Made by a program: the position numbers and the translations under genes
NCBI RefSeq assembly: GCF_018350175.1
Contig: NC_058373.1
Location: forward strand, 109,742,001-109,806,000
From: Felis catus
Taxonomy: Eukaryota
Direction of reading: 5' to 3'
DNA length: 64,000 bases
The notes under the pieces: model-generated
What the model was told of the DNA's origin: nothing
Database searches by the model: none
What the model saw: only the letters and a program-made list of their open reading frames with translations
In this document: positions 51,103-63,903 of the stretch, in pieces
How positions within the stretch are numbered: the stretch's first letter is position 1
Layout: each line of letters starts with the position of its first letter

Positions 51103-52279
51103 TTTTTTTTTTAATGTTCATTTATTTTTGAGAGAGAGACTGAGACAGAGCGCAAGTAGGAGAGGGGCAGAGACAGAGGGAGACACAGAATCCGAAGCAG
51201 GCTCCAAACTCTGAGCTGTCAGCACAGGGCTTGACACGGGGCTCAAACTCACAAACTGTGAGATCATGACCTGAGCCAAAGTCGGTCACTCAACCAACTG
51301 AGCAACCCAGGCACCCCATATATTGCTAAAATTTTTAATAATGAACAACTAATATACAGTAAGGCTGGTTTCTGAACTCAAGCATTCTTGTTCCAGAGCC
51401 CACAGTATTAACTCCTATATTATACTTCCCCTATAATAAGGCACACCTACAGATATGTAACATTATACATATGTGTGCATTATTTATAGATGTATGTATA
51501 ATAAGTATACATCAGATTTTATTTATTTATTTAGTAATTTCTATGCCCAGTGTGGGGCTTGAACGCACAACTCCAAGAGTCACATGCTTTACCAACTGAG
51601 CCAGCCAGGCATCCCAAGTACATATCATATTTTTAAAAAATAAGGGTGGGGGCGGCTAGGTGACTCAGTTGGTTAAGTGTCTACCTCCTGACTTTGGCTT
51701 AGGTCATGATTTCATGGTTTGTGGGTTTGGGCCACATGTCGGGCTCTGTGCTGGCTCTGCCCCTCTCTCTGCTCTTGCCCCACTAGTGCGTGCATGCACA
51801 CATGCTCTCTCTCTCTCTCTCTCAAAATAAATAAACTTAAAAACAATATGGGTAGATGATGTTAGCTGTATAGTAAGCATATATCATAGTTATTTTTTAA
51901 AAAGGGGGCGGACTATATTAATAGAGCACTTGGAAGGAGTAGCTACTACTGTCATATATTAATGGCAAACATGAAAAATCTAATGGGAGCCACAAAAATC
52001 TCTATGCTGGATATTAAACAAGCTTATTAGTTATCAAGCATATCTAATGTCAGCATATCTGTTAAATTTTTTTTTTAACATTTATTTATTTTTGAGACAG
52101 AGAGAGACAGAGCATGAATGGGGGAGGGGCAGAGAGAGAGAGAGACACAGAATCGGAAGCAGGCTCCAGGCTCTGAGCCATCAGCCCAGAGCCCGACGTG
52201 GGGCTTGAACTCACGGACCGCGAGATCGTGACCTGAGCTGAAGTCGGACGCTTAACCGACTGAGCCACCCAGGCGCCCC
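51103..52279. mobile_element. Can-SINEs at 51103-51317 (-), 51517-51615 (-), 51648-51845 (+), 52067-52279 (-)
   Basis: Consensus text. Confidence 0.88.
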
Positions 52280-53499
52280 TAATGTCAGCCTATCTGAAGC
52301 AAAACTGCACAAGTAAAACTTAGGAAGCTGGTTATTAATATTTCTTTCAGAAAAACCAGGAAGAGTGAAATAGTAACAGTCACTCCTATTCAGTATCAGT
52401 ATGTCTTAGAGGAAACAATACCTTGGGATAAAAAGTATGCATTGGTTTAACTTCAGTAGAACATCTCTCAGAAAACGTTTATGTCAAAAATTTAGACAAA
52501 TTTGTGTGTGTATTTTAAACTAACACAGAACTGGCTTTGAAACAATTTGCCAAAGAGCCATTTGTTTTCAATTGGGAAGAAGTGCTGAATATTGAGTGGA
52601 AGGTATGCTAAACTGACATCTGCTACAACTTCGATGTAATTTTAAATATCATATTCATTAATGACTGAGACTAAATGTCTTTGTAAATTAATCCTGCTTA
52701 GTGAGTCTGAATATGCTATTCTTATTCACAGGAATGTTCAAAGATACTGGCTGCAACAACATATGGCATCTCATGCATTAAATACACTAAAATTCGTAGA
52801 GAAAGCAGAGTTTTTAAAGTGCAGGAATCTGTTACCAAGGAAAAGGGGGAGGGGGAGGAGGGAATGACACACACACTTTCTCATGCAGTCGGGGATACAA
52901 CATTTAAGTATCAAGTTCCAGATATAACATTCAAGTATCTTTTTAAAAACAAAGACATTTTTCTCAGTAACATCCTGCGCTGTCTAATTTCTCAAGTAAA
53001 TCTTCCACCGAAAAGTCACGCTTTGAAGTAAATCTATGAACGCCCTGCTTCTTTCAACAAGAACAATTAACTGTGTTTGCCTTTCCAGAACAACCAGCTG
53101 GTTAACCAAATAGAGACAGAAACCAAACTTCCCCAGTCACCAGATGTCTTAATTTGGAACAGTTAGTAGCAGTGTGGAATAATCCAAAATTTTGAGTTGG
53201 TACTATATGTTTACTACTTCTTTTTATAAGTCTGAATAGACGTTTTTAAAAATTAAGCACATGCATTCTCTTTAATAACTGCAAAAAAAGGTGGGGGATA
53301 AAAAGAACCAATGCCTAGAGGCCATAACAGAATGATGTTAACATCTGAGAACCAGCCACTTGCATATTATGTTATAGTTAGAAATTGATAAGCAATATCA
53401 ACATTAAATCTGCTCAGAAGTCCTAAAGAATGACCCTTTTCAAAAATTCAAAACCAAATCTTGAAGAATGGGAATGACAGGCCTAGAGCACACTGGATT

Positions 53500-54116
53500 C
53501 AGCAAAGAACACAGGCAAAGTCCTAGCTTTCATTGAGGCCAGTGGGGTGACAGACAGCTATTAGACAAATAACTAATCATAATAATGAAAAGTCAAAGTG
53601 GTATGAAAAATAATACTGGTTAAGGCCATAAAAATGAGGCAGGACAAGCCTTTTGGGTTCAGTCATTAAAGGAAAATCTCGGGGTGCCTGGTGGCCCAGT
53701 CAGTCAAGGGTCTGACTCTTGGTTTCAGCCCAGGTCATGATCTCACACTCAGTGAGACTGAGCCCTGGCGCTTCAGGCTCTGCACTGACAGCACAGAGCC
53801 TGTTTGGGATTCTCTCTCTCTCTGCCCTTCCCCTGTTCATCCCCCGCTCAAAATAAATAAATAAACTTCAAAAAATAAATAAAGGAAAATCTCTCCCATG
53901 AGGTGACATTTCAGCTGAGACCAGAAGGAAATGAGGGTGTGGGCTAAAAGCCTCCTGGGCAGAGAGAAACAGCAAGTGGTCCACAGCAGCTGAAGATGAG
54001 TCAGAGAAGGAAAGTGGTACAGGAAATAAGGTTAAAGAGGTAGCTGGAGACAAATAAGGGCTTTGCAGGGCTACGGTCGGAACTTTCAATTTTATTTATC
54101 TTTAACGTTTATTTAT

Positions 54117-54153
<37 letters not shown>

Positions 54154-54620
54154 CAGGGGTGGGGGGTTGGGGGGAGGGGAGAATCCAAAGCAGGCTCCAG
54201 GCTCTGAGCTGTCAGCACAGAGCCCAACGCAGGGCTTGACCTCATGAACTGTGAGGTCATGACCCGAGCCGAAATCAGATGCTTAACTGAAGGAGCCACC
54301 CAGGCACCCGTATATTTTATTCTTAAGTGAGAAGGAAAGCCAGTTGAGAGCAGGTGAGAGATGTTTGTGGAGGGATTCCTCTGGCTGCTGCCTAGAGCAT
54401 AGACCTTGGGGGAAGAATGGAAGTAAGTGAAAGGTTTGTGCAAAATTCTGGGCAGCAGATATAAAAGAGAGAAATGGCTGGATACAGGCCACAATTATGA
54501 AAGAGGAATAAACAGAATTTCCTGATTAGACTGCAAGTAGGGTATGGGGAGAGGTGACAAAGATGGATGATTCTTAGGTTTCTGGCCTGAGCAACAAGGC
54601 CAACATTGGCATGTTACTTT
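53500..54620 (-). mobile_element. L2 fragment interrupted by Can-SINEs (53681-53885 +, 54100-54309 -)
   Basis: GAGGTGACATTTCAGCTGAGACC and GATGATTCTTAGGTTTCTGGCCTGAGCAAC are typical antisense L2 text. Confidence 0.65.
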
Positions 54621-56365
54621 TAGGGTAATTACAAGTTTTTAAGAAAATTACAAGCTGGTTAATTAGATAATTAGACAAGTATCCAATTGCTTAGTCTTTA
54701 CTGATCGACCGTGGTATATTAATACACTGGAATTCTACATGGCAATAAAAAACCATATACGACTGGTACATGCAACGATAATGGAAGCATCTCAGAACTG
54801 TTTAGTGACAGAAGCCTGAAACAGAAGGATACTATTATAATTTCACTTACACAGAATTTAAAAACAGGCAAAACAAGTCTAAAATGGTAGAAATCACAAT
54901 ACTGGTTATCTTTTGAGGGGGATACAGACTGGGAAGGACAACAGGAGAACTTTGTGGGTGGTGATTATGCACAGATATATGCATTTGAAAAACAAACCAT
55001 CATGGAGGAGAATGACCCCCTGCTTCCACCAAGATTCTCACCTTGAGTGAAAAGCATCAATGGCTGAAAGAGGAAGAAGACAGTGTCATGAAATCCCTTA
55101 TTTGGCATAGGTAAGCAGGGCCTGCTAAAAGTTGACAGTGGAGGAGGAACAATGAGGAAAACTCTTCAGCATACCAGGCGCAATACTAAGCATAAGATAT
55201 TAACAGCCCACCGCTGAAGAATTTCAAGTCTGTAGTGTACTAAAGGTAACCATAGCAACAACAAAACCTAAGCCAGCTCACCTACTGATTAGACTATTCA
55301 ATCCTTAACACTAACAGTCTGACAGAAGCAGAGATGTGTCCACTTCCAGGAATAAATATTTTTTACCTCAGTATCTACTATTCTTCTACATACAATACCC
55401 AGAATTCAATTAAAAAAAAAAGTAAAAAAAAAAAAAGAGAGAGACGCACACAAGCAAGAAAAAAACAAATTGTCAAGAAATAAGGCAATGACTAGAAAAG
55501 ACATGGAGATCACCCAAATAATGGACTTTCAAATGATCATGAATTGGCTATTAAAAACAAAACAAACAAAAAACAATAAATGATGGTGAGAATGTGAAGC
55601 AATTGGAACCCTTATACAATATCAGTGGGAATGTGAAATGTAGCAGCCTGTGAAAAAGTTTGGTAGTTTCTCATAAAGTTCAACATATGTTCATGCAAAT
55701 ATTTGTATAGGATTGTTCACAGTAGCACTATTCATAATAGCAAAAAACAACCCAAGTGTTTATTGATGGATGAGTGAATAAACAATATATGGCATACCCA
55801 TGCAATGGAACATTATTCTGCCATAAAAAGGAATGAAGTCCTGCTAAATGTTACAACATGGATAAACCTTGAAAACATTATGCTAAGACCATATATTTAA
55901 CACAAAAGACCACATATTGTAAGATTCCAATTATATGAAATGTCTAGAAGAGGCAAACTTGTACATCAAAAAGATTAACGGTTGCCAGGGGCTGGGGGAA
56001 GAGGGAAATTTGAAGTGACTGCTAAGAGATATAAAAAAACTATAGGAGTCAGTGGGCAAAGAGTGACATTTTTAAAGCATTCAAAGAAAAGGAAAATTTG
56101 TCAACACAAAGCTCTATACCCAGCAAAAATACCTTTCCAAAAAAAAAAAAAAAGGCTAAAAGAAAAATAATCAGAAAAAAGCTGAGAGAAATCATTGCCA
56201 GTAGTGTGCAAAATAAGAAATGTTAAAGAAAGTTATTCAGCCAGACAAGTACTGGAAATCTAGATTGACATGAAGGAATAAAGAGAACTGAAAATGGTAA
56301 ATATGAGGGTAAATTTAAGACCCTGTTCTTCTTTTAAAAATCTCCTTAAAAAACAATTGGCTGTT

Positions 56366-56590
56366 GGGGCGCCTGGGTGGCGCAGTCGGTTAAGCGTCCG
56401 ACTTCAGCCAGGTCACGATCTCGCGGTCCGTGAGTTCGAGCCCCGCGTCAGGCTCTGGGCTGATGGCTCAGAGCCTGGAGCCTGCTTCAGATTCTGTGTC
56501 TCCCTCTCTCTGCCCCTCCCCCGTTCGTGCTCTGTCTCTCTCTGTCCCAAAAATAAACGTTGAAAAAAAGAATTAAAAAAAAAAAAAAAA
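56366..56590 (+). mobile_element. Young felid Can-SINE
   Basis: Near-consensus with CpGs intact; perfect 18-bp TSD AAAAAACAATTGGCTGTT; long poly(A). Confidence 0.96.
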
Positions 56591-57488
56591 AAAAAACAAT
56601 TGGCTGTTTAAAGCAAAAAATAGTAACAAAATATCAGACTGTTATTAAAAGTCAAATACATGACAGCATTAGTAAGAGGACAGGAGGGAAGAAATGGAAA
56701 CATATGCTGCAATATATGTTCTTACACCACAATTTGTTATCACATTATCTAAAGGCAGACTTTATAGAAGTTAAAGAAGTACATTATTATATATATTATA
56801 TAACACATATGACATATTATATATATAACTATCATATTATATATATGATATTATATATATTATTTTAAGGTAGACTTTACACAAGTTAAAGAAGTGCATT
56901 GTAAACCCTAGAACAACAACTAAAGGAAAAAACAGGTAAAATTAGCAAACTAATAGTAGAGATAAAATGTAATTATAAAAACACTTAATCCAAAAGACAG
57001 CAAGAAAGAAGAAAAAAGGAACAAAAAACTAAAGAGAAAAATAAAAAAATCTAGAAACAACTAGCAAGATGGTAGATTTAAATCCAACCATATCAGCAAT
57101 TACATTAAATATAAATGATCTGAACATCTCAATTGAAAGGCAGAGATTCTCAGGTTTGTGGAGGGGGGAAAGAGGCAAGACCCAACCATATGCTGTCCAA
57201 AGGAAAACTATTTTAAATATAAAGCAGATTAAAAGTAAATGGATAGAAAAGGATATACCATGCAAACATTAATAAAAGGAAAGCTACAGTGGCTTCTTAA
57301 TACCAGACAAAGGAGAAGTCAGAATAAGAAATTGACTCAAAATTGATCATAGATGTAAACATGAGAGCAAGAACTACAGAATTCCAAGGAAAAAAAATAG
57401 GGAACCTATGACCATAAGATCGGTGGAGATTTCTTAGAATACAAAAAGCATGTACTAGAAAAGAAAAACTTGTTAATTGAAATTTAAC

Positions 57489-57710
57489 GGGGCTCCTGGG
57501 TGGCGCAGTCGGTTAAGCGTCCGACTTCAGCCAGGTCACGATCTCGCGGTCCGTGAGTTCGAGCCCTGCGTCGGGCTCTGGGCTGATAGCTCGGAGCCTG
57601 GAGCCTGTTTCCGATTCTGTGTCTCCCTCTCTCTCTGCCCCTCCCCCGTTCATGCTCTGTCTCTGTCCCAAAAATAAATAAAAAACGTTGAAAAAAAAAT
57701 TTAAAAAAAA
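57489..57710 (+). mobile_element. Young felid Can-SINE
   Basis: Near-consensus, CpG-rich; TSD-like GAAATTTAA. Confidence 0.94.
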
Positions 57711-57735
57711 GAAATTTAAAACTTCTGCTTTTTGA

Positions 57736-60700
57736 ACAAGAGTGATATGGGGGACAGTGCATATGAGGATTTCACAGGAGGTGAGATAGTTTGCTGAAAG
57801 GTGTTAAGTGTGGTGTGAATGTGAGAGTGTCCTGACAGACCGGGGTACAAAGATGGTCAAAGAGGATCCCATAACTATCTCTTTGGTAGCTTTAACTAAA
57901 GCGGCAGTAGTAGGTAAGTAAGGTGTGGTGGGTGTCTTCAGGGAAATGAATCTAATTTTTGGGTGTAGTAACTCAGATGTCAGTGATAGCCCCTGCGTTT
58001 TTGGGTAAGTACTTTAAGGGCATTCCCTTCTCTCTCATATACAAAAAGGAAAGAGGGTAGCTGATAATTTGTGTATCCAAGGGCAGGGGGATTTATTAAG
58101 CTTTCCTTCAAGGTCTTAAAGATCAAACTATCTTGGTCATCCCAAACAATGGGTTATATGTGGAATACTCCTTAATGAACCAACAAGGAGAAATTTGGGG
58201 TCCAATTATGACAATAACCAGCTAGTCCAAAAAAACCTGTAAGTGACATTTGCCTTTAGGGTTTGGAAAGTTGAAAATGTCTTGAAACCTTTAAACTAGG
58301 TACAGTCCCTGTTATGAGATTAAATGTCCTAAATATCAAACCTCAGTTTGGAAAAATTGTAATTTTTCCTTTGAGACCCTATGTCCTTCAACGGCTAAGA
58401 TTTTCAACACGTAAACACTCTCTTTTTGTGAGGAGCATTGGAAGGGCAAGCAAAAAAGCAAATCGTCCACATATTGTAGTAATGGAGCCTTCAGAGAATT
58501 TTGTCATTTAAGTCAGCTTCTAAAACTTGTGAGAAGATAGACTCTCAGTGAAGCCGTGAGGCATGACTGTCTAGGAATACAGTTATCCTTCCCAGGTAAA
58601 GGCAAAAAGATATTAATTATCCCTACCAACAAGGATCTTTTAAAATCCATTGCATAAGTCAATCAAAGTTAAAAAAAAAATGCTTCTAGTAGGAATGGAT
58701 ACCAATAGCATGTGGAGATTAAGGATGACGGGGAGGCAGGGACTTAGAATGTTATTTATTGCCCTAGGTCTTAGACAAATCTCCATCCTCAGCCACTCGA
58801 TTTTTTGCAGGCAAAATAGGGTATTACGAGGACTGGTGCAAAGGATAACGAGTCCTTGAGACTTATCATCCTCTGTAATAAGCCTTATGCCCTGTAAGCT
58901 TTATTTATAGGATATTGGTTTTTTTGTTGGGAGAGTTTTTTGAGGGGTCAATCTGGATCTTAATGGGAGGGGCAATATGAACTCTGCCTACATCTATTAA
59001 CGATTTTGCCCAAAAAGTGGGGGTTACCAGGTTTAACAGCGGGGATGAGTCTGAAGTTTAGACTTCCTTGGCTTGTAGAGTGCAAGGAAGGGCAAAGAGG
59101 ATTGAATTTTCCTAAGTGTTGGGATTCAAACTCAATGGTTATTTCCCTTTTGAGAGAAAAAAATGGCAACATTAGATTTCTCCAGGAAATCTCCTTCTAA
59201 CGTGTGGGAACTAAATCATTGAGGAGAAATGGGTAGCTCAACTTGCCAAAGTCCCAGACAAAAACATATGGGCTTAGAAATAGGCACACGTTGTGGTTTA
59301 TTTAAGACCCCCACTATCTGGGGCACCTGGGTGGCTCAGTCAGTTAAGCGCCTGACTTCAGCTCAGGTCATGACTTCACGGTTCATGGGTTAAGAGTCCC
59401 GATTCAGGCTGTGCTAACAGCTCAGAGCCTGGAGCCTGCTTCAGATTCCGTGTCTCCCTCTCTCTCTGCCCCTCCCCTGCTTGCACTGTCTCTGACTCTC
59501 AAAAAAATGAATGTTAAAAAAATTAAAAAAACAAAAGACCCTCACCGAGCATACATATTTTATTTATTTTGATTTTTCTTACGTTTATTTATTTTTGACA
59601 GAGAGAGAGAGAGAGCAAGTATGAGCTAGGGAGGGGGCTAGCTCTGAATCTGAAGCAGGCTCCAGGCTCCGAGCTGTCAGCACAGAGCCTGATGCAGGGC
59701 TTGAACTCATGAACCGTGAGATCATGACCTGCGCCAAAGTCAGACGCTTAACCAACTGAGCCACCCAGGCGCCCCCTGGGTGAGCATACATATTTTAGAG
59801 GAAGACTCTTTAATTGTAGTGTACTCTTTCAGTGTAGCTACTGATAGTGTAGCTCCTGAGTCCATTTCTAGCAATCTGTTTTCCAATGGCCAGGTTTTTT
59901 GCAGTAATGACATAGTTCTAGAAGATGGCTTTGGAGTTTCCATATTGGAAACCTTGGAAGTTACCTTTCCAAGGTAAAGACTCAAAATATTAGTTGTCTT
60001 TTTTTCTGGTGCCATCCTCTAGGGTGCAAGTAATTGATTAGCCAGATTGACAAAGTCAGGGATGTACACTGTCTCCCGTTCTATATGGGTTCTTTTGACC
60101 AACAGGAAGAAGTCCTTGTTTAGGCCATTCATGAACATGGAATTAAAAGCCACCAGCATGGATTCAACATCTATGGAAAGTCCAGAATTTTAAAAAATGA
60201 TGTAGAGTCTGCTTTATTAGTCATGGACAGATTTGGTAGGCTTTTGAGTGTGTGCCTGAATTTTGTTCCAGTCCACAGATTTGGGGAAGGCCCTAGGAAT
60301 GGCTTCATGTAGCCTTTTGTCCAGTCTGTAAGCCTGATCATATAAAAGGGTTGGTAGTTGGTTTAGTTTAAACTCTAGAGATTGTTTGGGATTTCCCCAA
60401 ACAGCAGTTTTAATCCATTGCTACACTTTGACCTTCTCTGATACGCATGTGGGCTAACTGATAAGAAATGGAAGAGCAGTTTGGCGAGTTATACTTTCAA
60501 TAATGAATTCCTCAACAAATGCATGGAGACCCCAGTTACTTTGGGAAAATTCTTATAGTCCTAACTTTGGCCTTTGTCCATGGAGTGTAGGAAATCTGGG
60601 GTGGTTTAGAATCCTCAGGCTTAATTTTTAATGGGAAGGGAAAGGTTTTAATGAGGGAAGGTTTTAATGAGATCAGTGGATGAGGTTTCAGTAATAGGAA

Positions 60701-61410
60701 AGAAAGGAAGTTTAGAGAGAGGGTAAAGGGTTAAGAGAAGGCAAACAGGAAGATAGAGGAGGTAGAATAGTAAGGTTAGGAAAGACCTTGGTTAGCAGCA
60801 AGAACAGGCCTCCGGTGTTTTCTTCTTACACATTGTTAGTTATTTATTTGCTTTAATTTAGCAACAGTATTTTGTAAGGAAGCAATTTTAGAATCCTGAA
60901 CACATTTGGAAGCTTCCAGATACCAATTAAAATAACCATCCCACTTGGATTGTTTAGTATTGTAAACATGGTCTTCTAAATCAGTTCAGAGAAAAATAAG
61001 TTTGGGGAGATCAAAGTTTCCACATAATGGTCACTGGAGTTCTAGGTTATCCTCAGTAAAACTGATTTAGTCAAACGTGTGTGAGGAAGGGCTGTAATTT
61101 TTTAACATAAAACCAGCGAGGGTTCCCCAAGGGGGGGCCACCCTTAGAAAATTCAGATGACTGGGATCCCATTATCAGAAATAAAAGAGTACATACCAGA
61201 AGGGCAATCCGCCCTTCTCCAGATCCCAAATAAAGTGAGAGAGCTCCACCAAAGGAGGCAGCTCAAGACCTGAGAGGAAACTTACCAAACTGAAAGTTAC
61301 CTTGACTTGTACAAGCTATGAGTGCAAAGGGCTCAAGTGCAGGAAACTCACTTATTTCTGGAGGTTGGTGTTCCTGGTGATCACCTTCTTCAGATCTCAC
61401 TTTGATACCA
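57736..61410 (-). mobile_element. Decayed class I (ERV1, gamma/epsilon-like) endogenous retrovirus internal region: PBS, gag, pro, RT
   Basis: Minus-strand translation gives Gag start MGSQSSE (ATG 61172), matrix-like Q*PLCGNFDLPKL, capsid YTPWTKA and VDWNKIQAHTQKPTKSVHD, protease EMDSGATLSV (DSG 59854-59862), RT motifs CTSPRNT, GWRFV*DL/AINN, YLFAFTWE, TVMPHGFTES, LLQYVDDLL (YVDD 58462-58473), YLGHLIS, FFGLAGYC; many stops and frameshifts. Confidence 0.9.
59319..59776. mobile_element. Two Can-SINEs tail-to-tail inside the ERV (59319-59535 +, 59560-59776 -)
   Basis: Consensus text on opposite strands. Confidence 0.92.
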
Positions 61411-61415
61411 TGTAA

Positions 61416-61815
61416 TGTCTACCTAAGAGAAGAGAGATAAACTAAGGCAAAGTCGAGTTGCCAGAAACGGAATTTATTCAGGAATAGTAGAGGAACTACA
61501 ACTTGGGACATTCAAACGTCAGCAAGCTGTAGGAGTCCGCTGAAGGTTTTACTTGGGTTGCTTTTATGGGCAAGGAGTGTAAGAGGGGAAAGACCAGCAA
61601 GGGGCCAAGCAGCAAGTTCACTGGCTTGAAGATGGAAGACATTCTTGGTGGATGCTCATTGGTCAGAGGATAAATTTCAACCCTCTATAAATCAGATTAT
61701 TTGTGAGAAGTCAGTCTCAGTCTTTTGAGTTCCATTTTCTGCGGGTGCATGTGTGAGGTTCTCCACTTCATATCCTTCAGTTCCATTTTACATTAAAAAT
61801 TTTCCAGTTTTATAC
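61416..61815 (-). mobile_element. 5' LTR of the ERV
   Basis: Ends ...TTAGGTAGACA just before the PBS; in minus orientation CCAAT (61662-61658), TATA-like CATAAAAG (61568-61561) and AATAAA (61478-61473) occur in the expected order; outer boundary approximate. Confidence 0.72.
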
Positions 61816-62479
61816 ACATCAAGCGCAAGGGACACGTGGGGATGCCCAAAGGTGGATGCACAGCAGACATTTGGATACAACAGGCTATAGCTTGGCGGAA
61901 ATGTATGGAATTGGGTCATCAGATTACAGGTAGTAGGCAGTAGTTAAAAACTAGGAAAGTGGATAAACCTTCTGAAGGGAAATTATGTAGAATGCTATAA
62001 AACAGCAGGTCAAAAGTGGAACTCTAGAATACCATTGTTTAAAGAACAGGCCGACGAAGAATAAACTACAAGGGTGACAAAGAACAAAAGCACCAGAGGA
62101 AAATCAGAAAAGTGGCCAACCAACAGCTAATAGTAACTGATCACTAATATCTAGATCCAGCATCGGCCTCTTCACATGCATTGCTTCATTTAACCCTACC
62201 CAAAACCCTAAAAGATAGGTCTGTTTATTACTGCTTTTTAGACTAGGAGACTGAGGCTTAGAGAAATAGGCCTTGCATGGTAGTTTAAGGGAACGGGTAT
62301 ATGCTCGGGTTCAAATCCTGGTGTCACAAGACATGTCTTTCAGCTTCCTATTCTTCAAACAGGGGTAACAGTTGCAACCTCAGAGGGTTGTTAAAAAGAA
62401 TAACTTAATTACTACATCCTAAATGCTCAGAATGATGCCTGATACAGAAGAAGACCAGTAAGTGACCTAGAAGAAAAAA

Positions 62480-62690
62480 ATTTTTTTTTCATTTATTTAT
62501 TTTTGAGACAGAGAGAGACGGAGCATGAACGGGGGGAGGGGCAGAGCGAGAAGGAGACACAGAATTGGAAGCAGGCTCCAGGCTCTGAGCCATCAGCCCA
62601 GAGCCCGACGCGGGGCTCGAACTCACGGACCGCGAGATCGTGACCTGAGCTGAAGTCGGACGCTCAACCGACTGAGCTACCCAGGCGCGC
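62480..62690 (-). mobile_element. Young Can-SINE
   Basis: Consensus text, CpG-rich; TSD CCTAGAAGAAAA. Confidence 0.93.
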
Positions 62691-63903
62691 CTAGAAGAAA
62701 ATTTCAAAGAAATACAATAGTGTCAAATAACAAACCTGCAGAGTACACTATCAGATATAAATTCTACTATGTATAAGTAAACAAATACGCACACACCCTT
62801 GCTGTTAATCATGACAACTGAGATTGAAGTGAAAATGCATACACATACGGGTGTGCGTGCGCATGTGCACACACGGGGCAGGAGAGTGAGAAAGACTAGA
62901 TACTTCTAAAGTGAAGTCACAAAATGAAATGTTCCCCAAAAAAGTCTCCAAACAGAAAGATACTTTAACATATTAATAATTCTTTAAGTTTCCACTGTTA
63001 ACCAGTGTTATTCCGACACTGGATATCTTACAATCATGTCAATGTATCTCACACAATCAGACAATATCTTATAAATATTTATAGATTGACACTTTCCTTT
63101 ACATTTTAAGGTAGATTCACTATTTAATACTCCAAATTGGGTGAATGTCCAAAAGGGATCTGCTGAAATGAAATCAAAATAATGGCAAAACCCTGAACAT
63201 AACTATTTATAGTCTTATACTTGTGTAAAGTTACAGTAGAACAGATGAGATCTCCTAACTACATTGTGCCATATCGTGGGAAGATCAGAATGTAGTTAAA
63301 TTCTAAACTCATTTCCTCTCTTCTGAACATACTGAAAGATCCTGATATCAGAGATAACCAACAAAAGGCATAATTCTTGAACCATCCTGCAAAAGCCGGA
63401 TATTAAGAGAAAAAAAATTTCACACTTAACAGATCTGACGTGACGGATAAAAAGGACTGAAAATAATGTACTGTCGAATGTAAGTTTAGGAAACACAGGA
63501 ATATGTTTAGCTTAGACTTAAGCCATCAAACTCTTTTAATACTTGCCTTCCTTGCCCTTGGAATTAACTACTACTGCCCTCTAGCAAGAGGTCCAAAAAT
63601 TAGAGAATGGAAAAAAATATCTATCATTCAGGACTTAGCTACAGTCTAAAGAGAAAGATGCTATAACTTATTAGTAATTATTCAAATTTCTGTTGTTAAT
63701 CATGACAAGTGAGATTGAATTTTCCTTACTTGTTCTTTCCTCTCTTCCCCATGCAACATAAATTATCACCTCTATGTGAACTCCTGGATTTTATCTTCAA
63801 CCCTGATCTCTCTCCAAAATTCCAACCCCATAGCTCTAATGTTTGCCCAGACCTCTACCCCTGAACATGCTGCCAAAACTCCAAATTAAATATACCCAAA
63901 ATA

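Larger units (their letters stand above)
55000..57735 (+). mobile_element. Degraded old LINE-1 sequence, including an L1 3' fragment at 55578-56030 and SINEs
   Basis: A-rich L1 ORF1/ORF2-like text; ORF 57069..57272 resembles the ORF2 endonuclease start (ITLNINDLN...IERQR); 3'UTR text ATTCTGCCATAAAAAGGAATGAAG. Confidence 0.7.
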
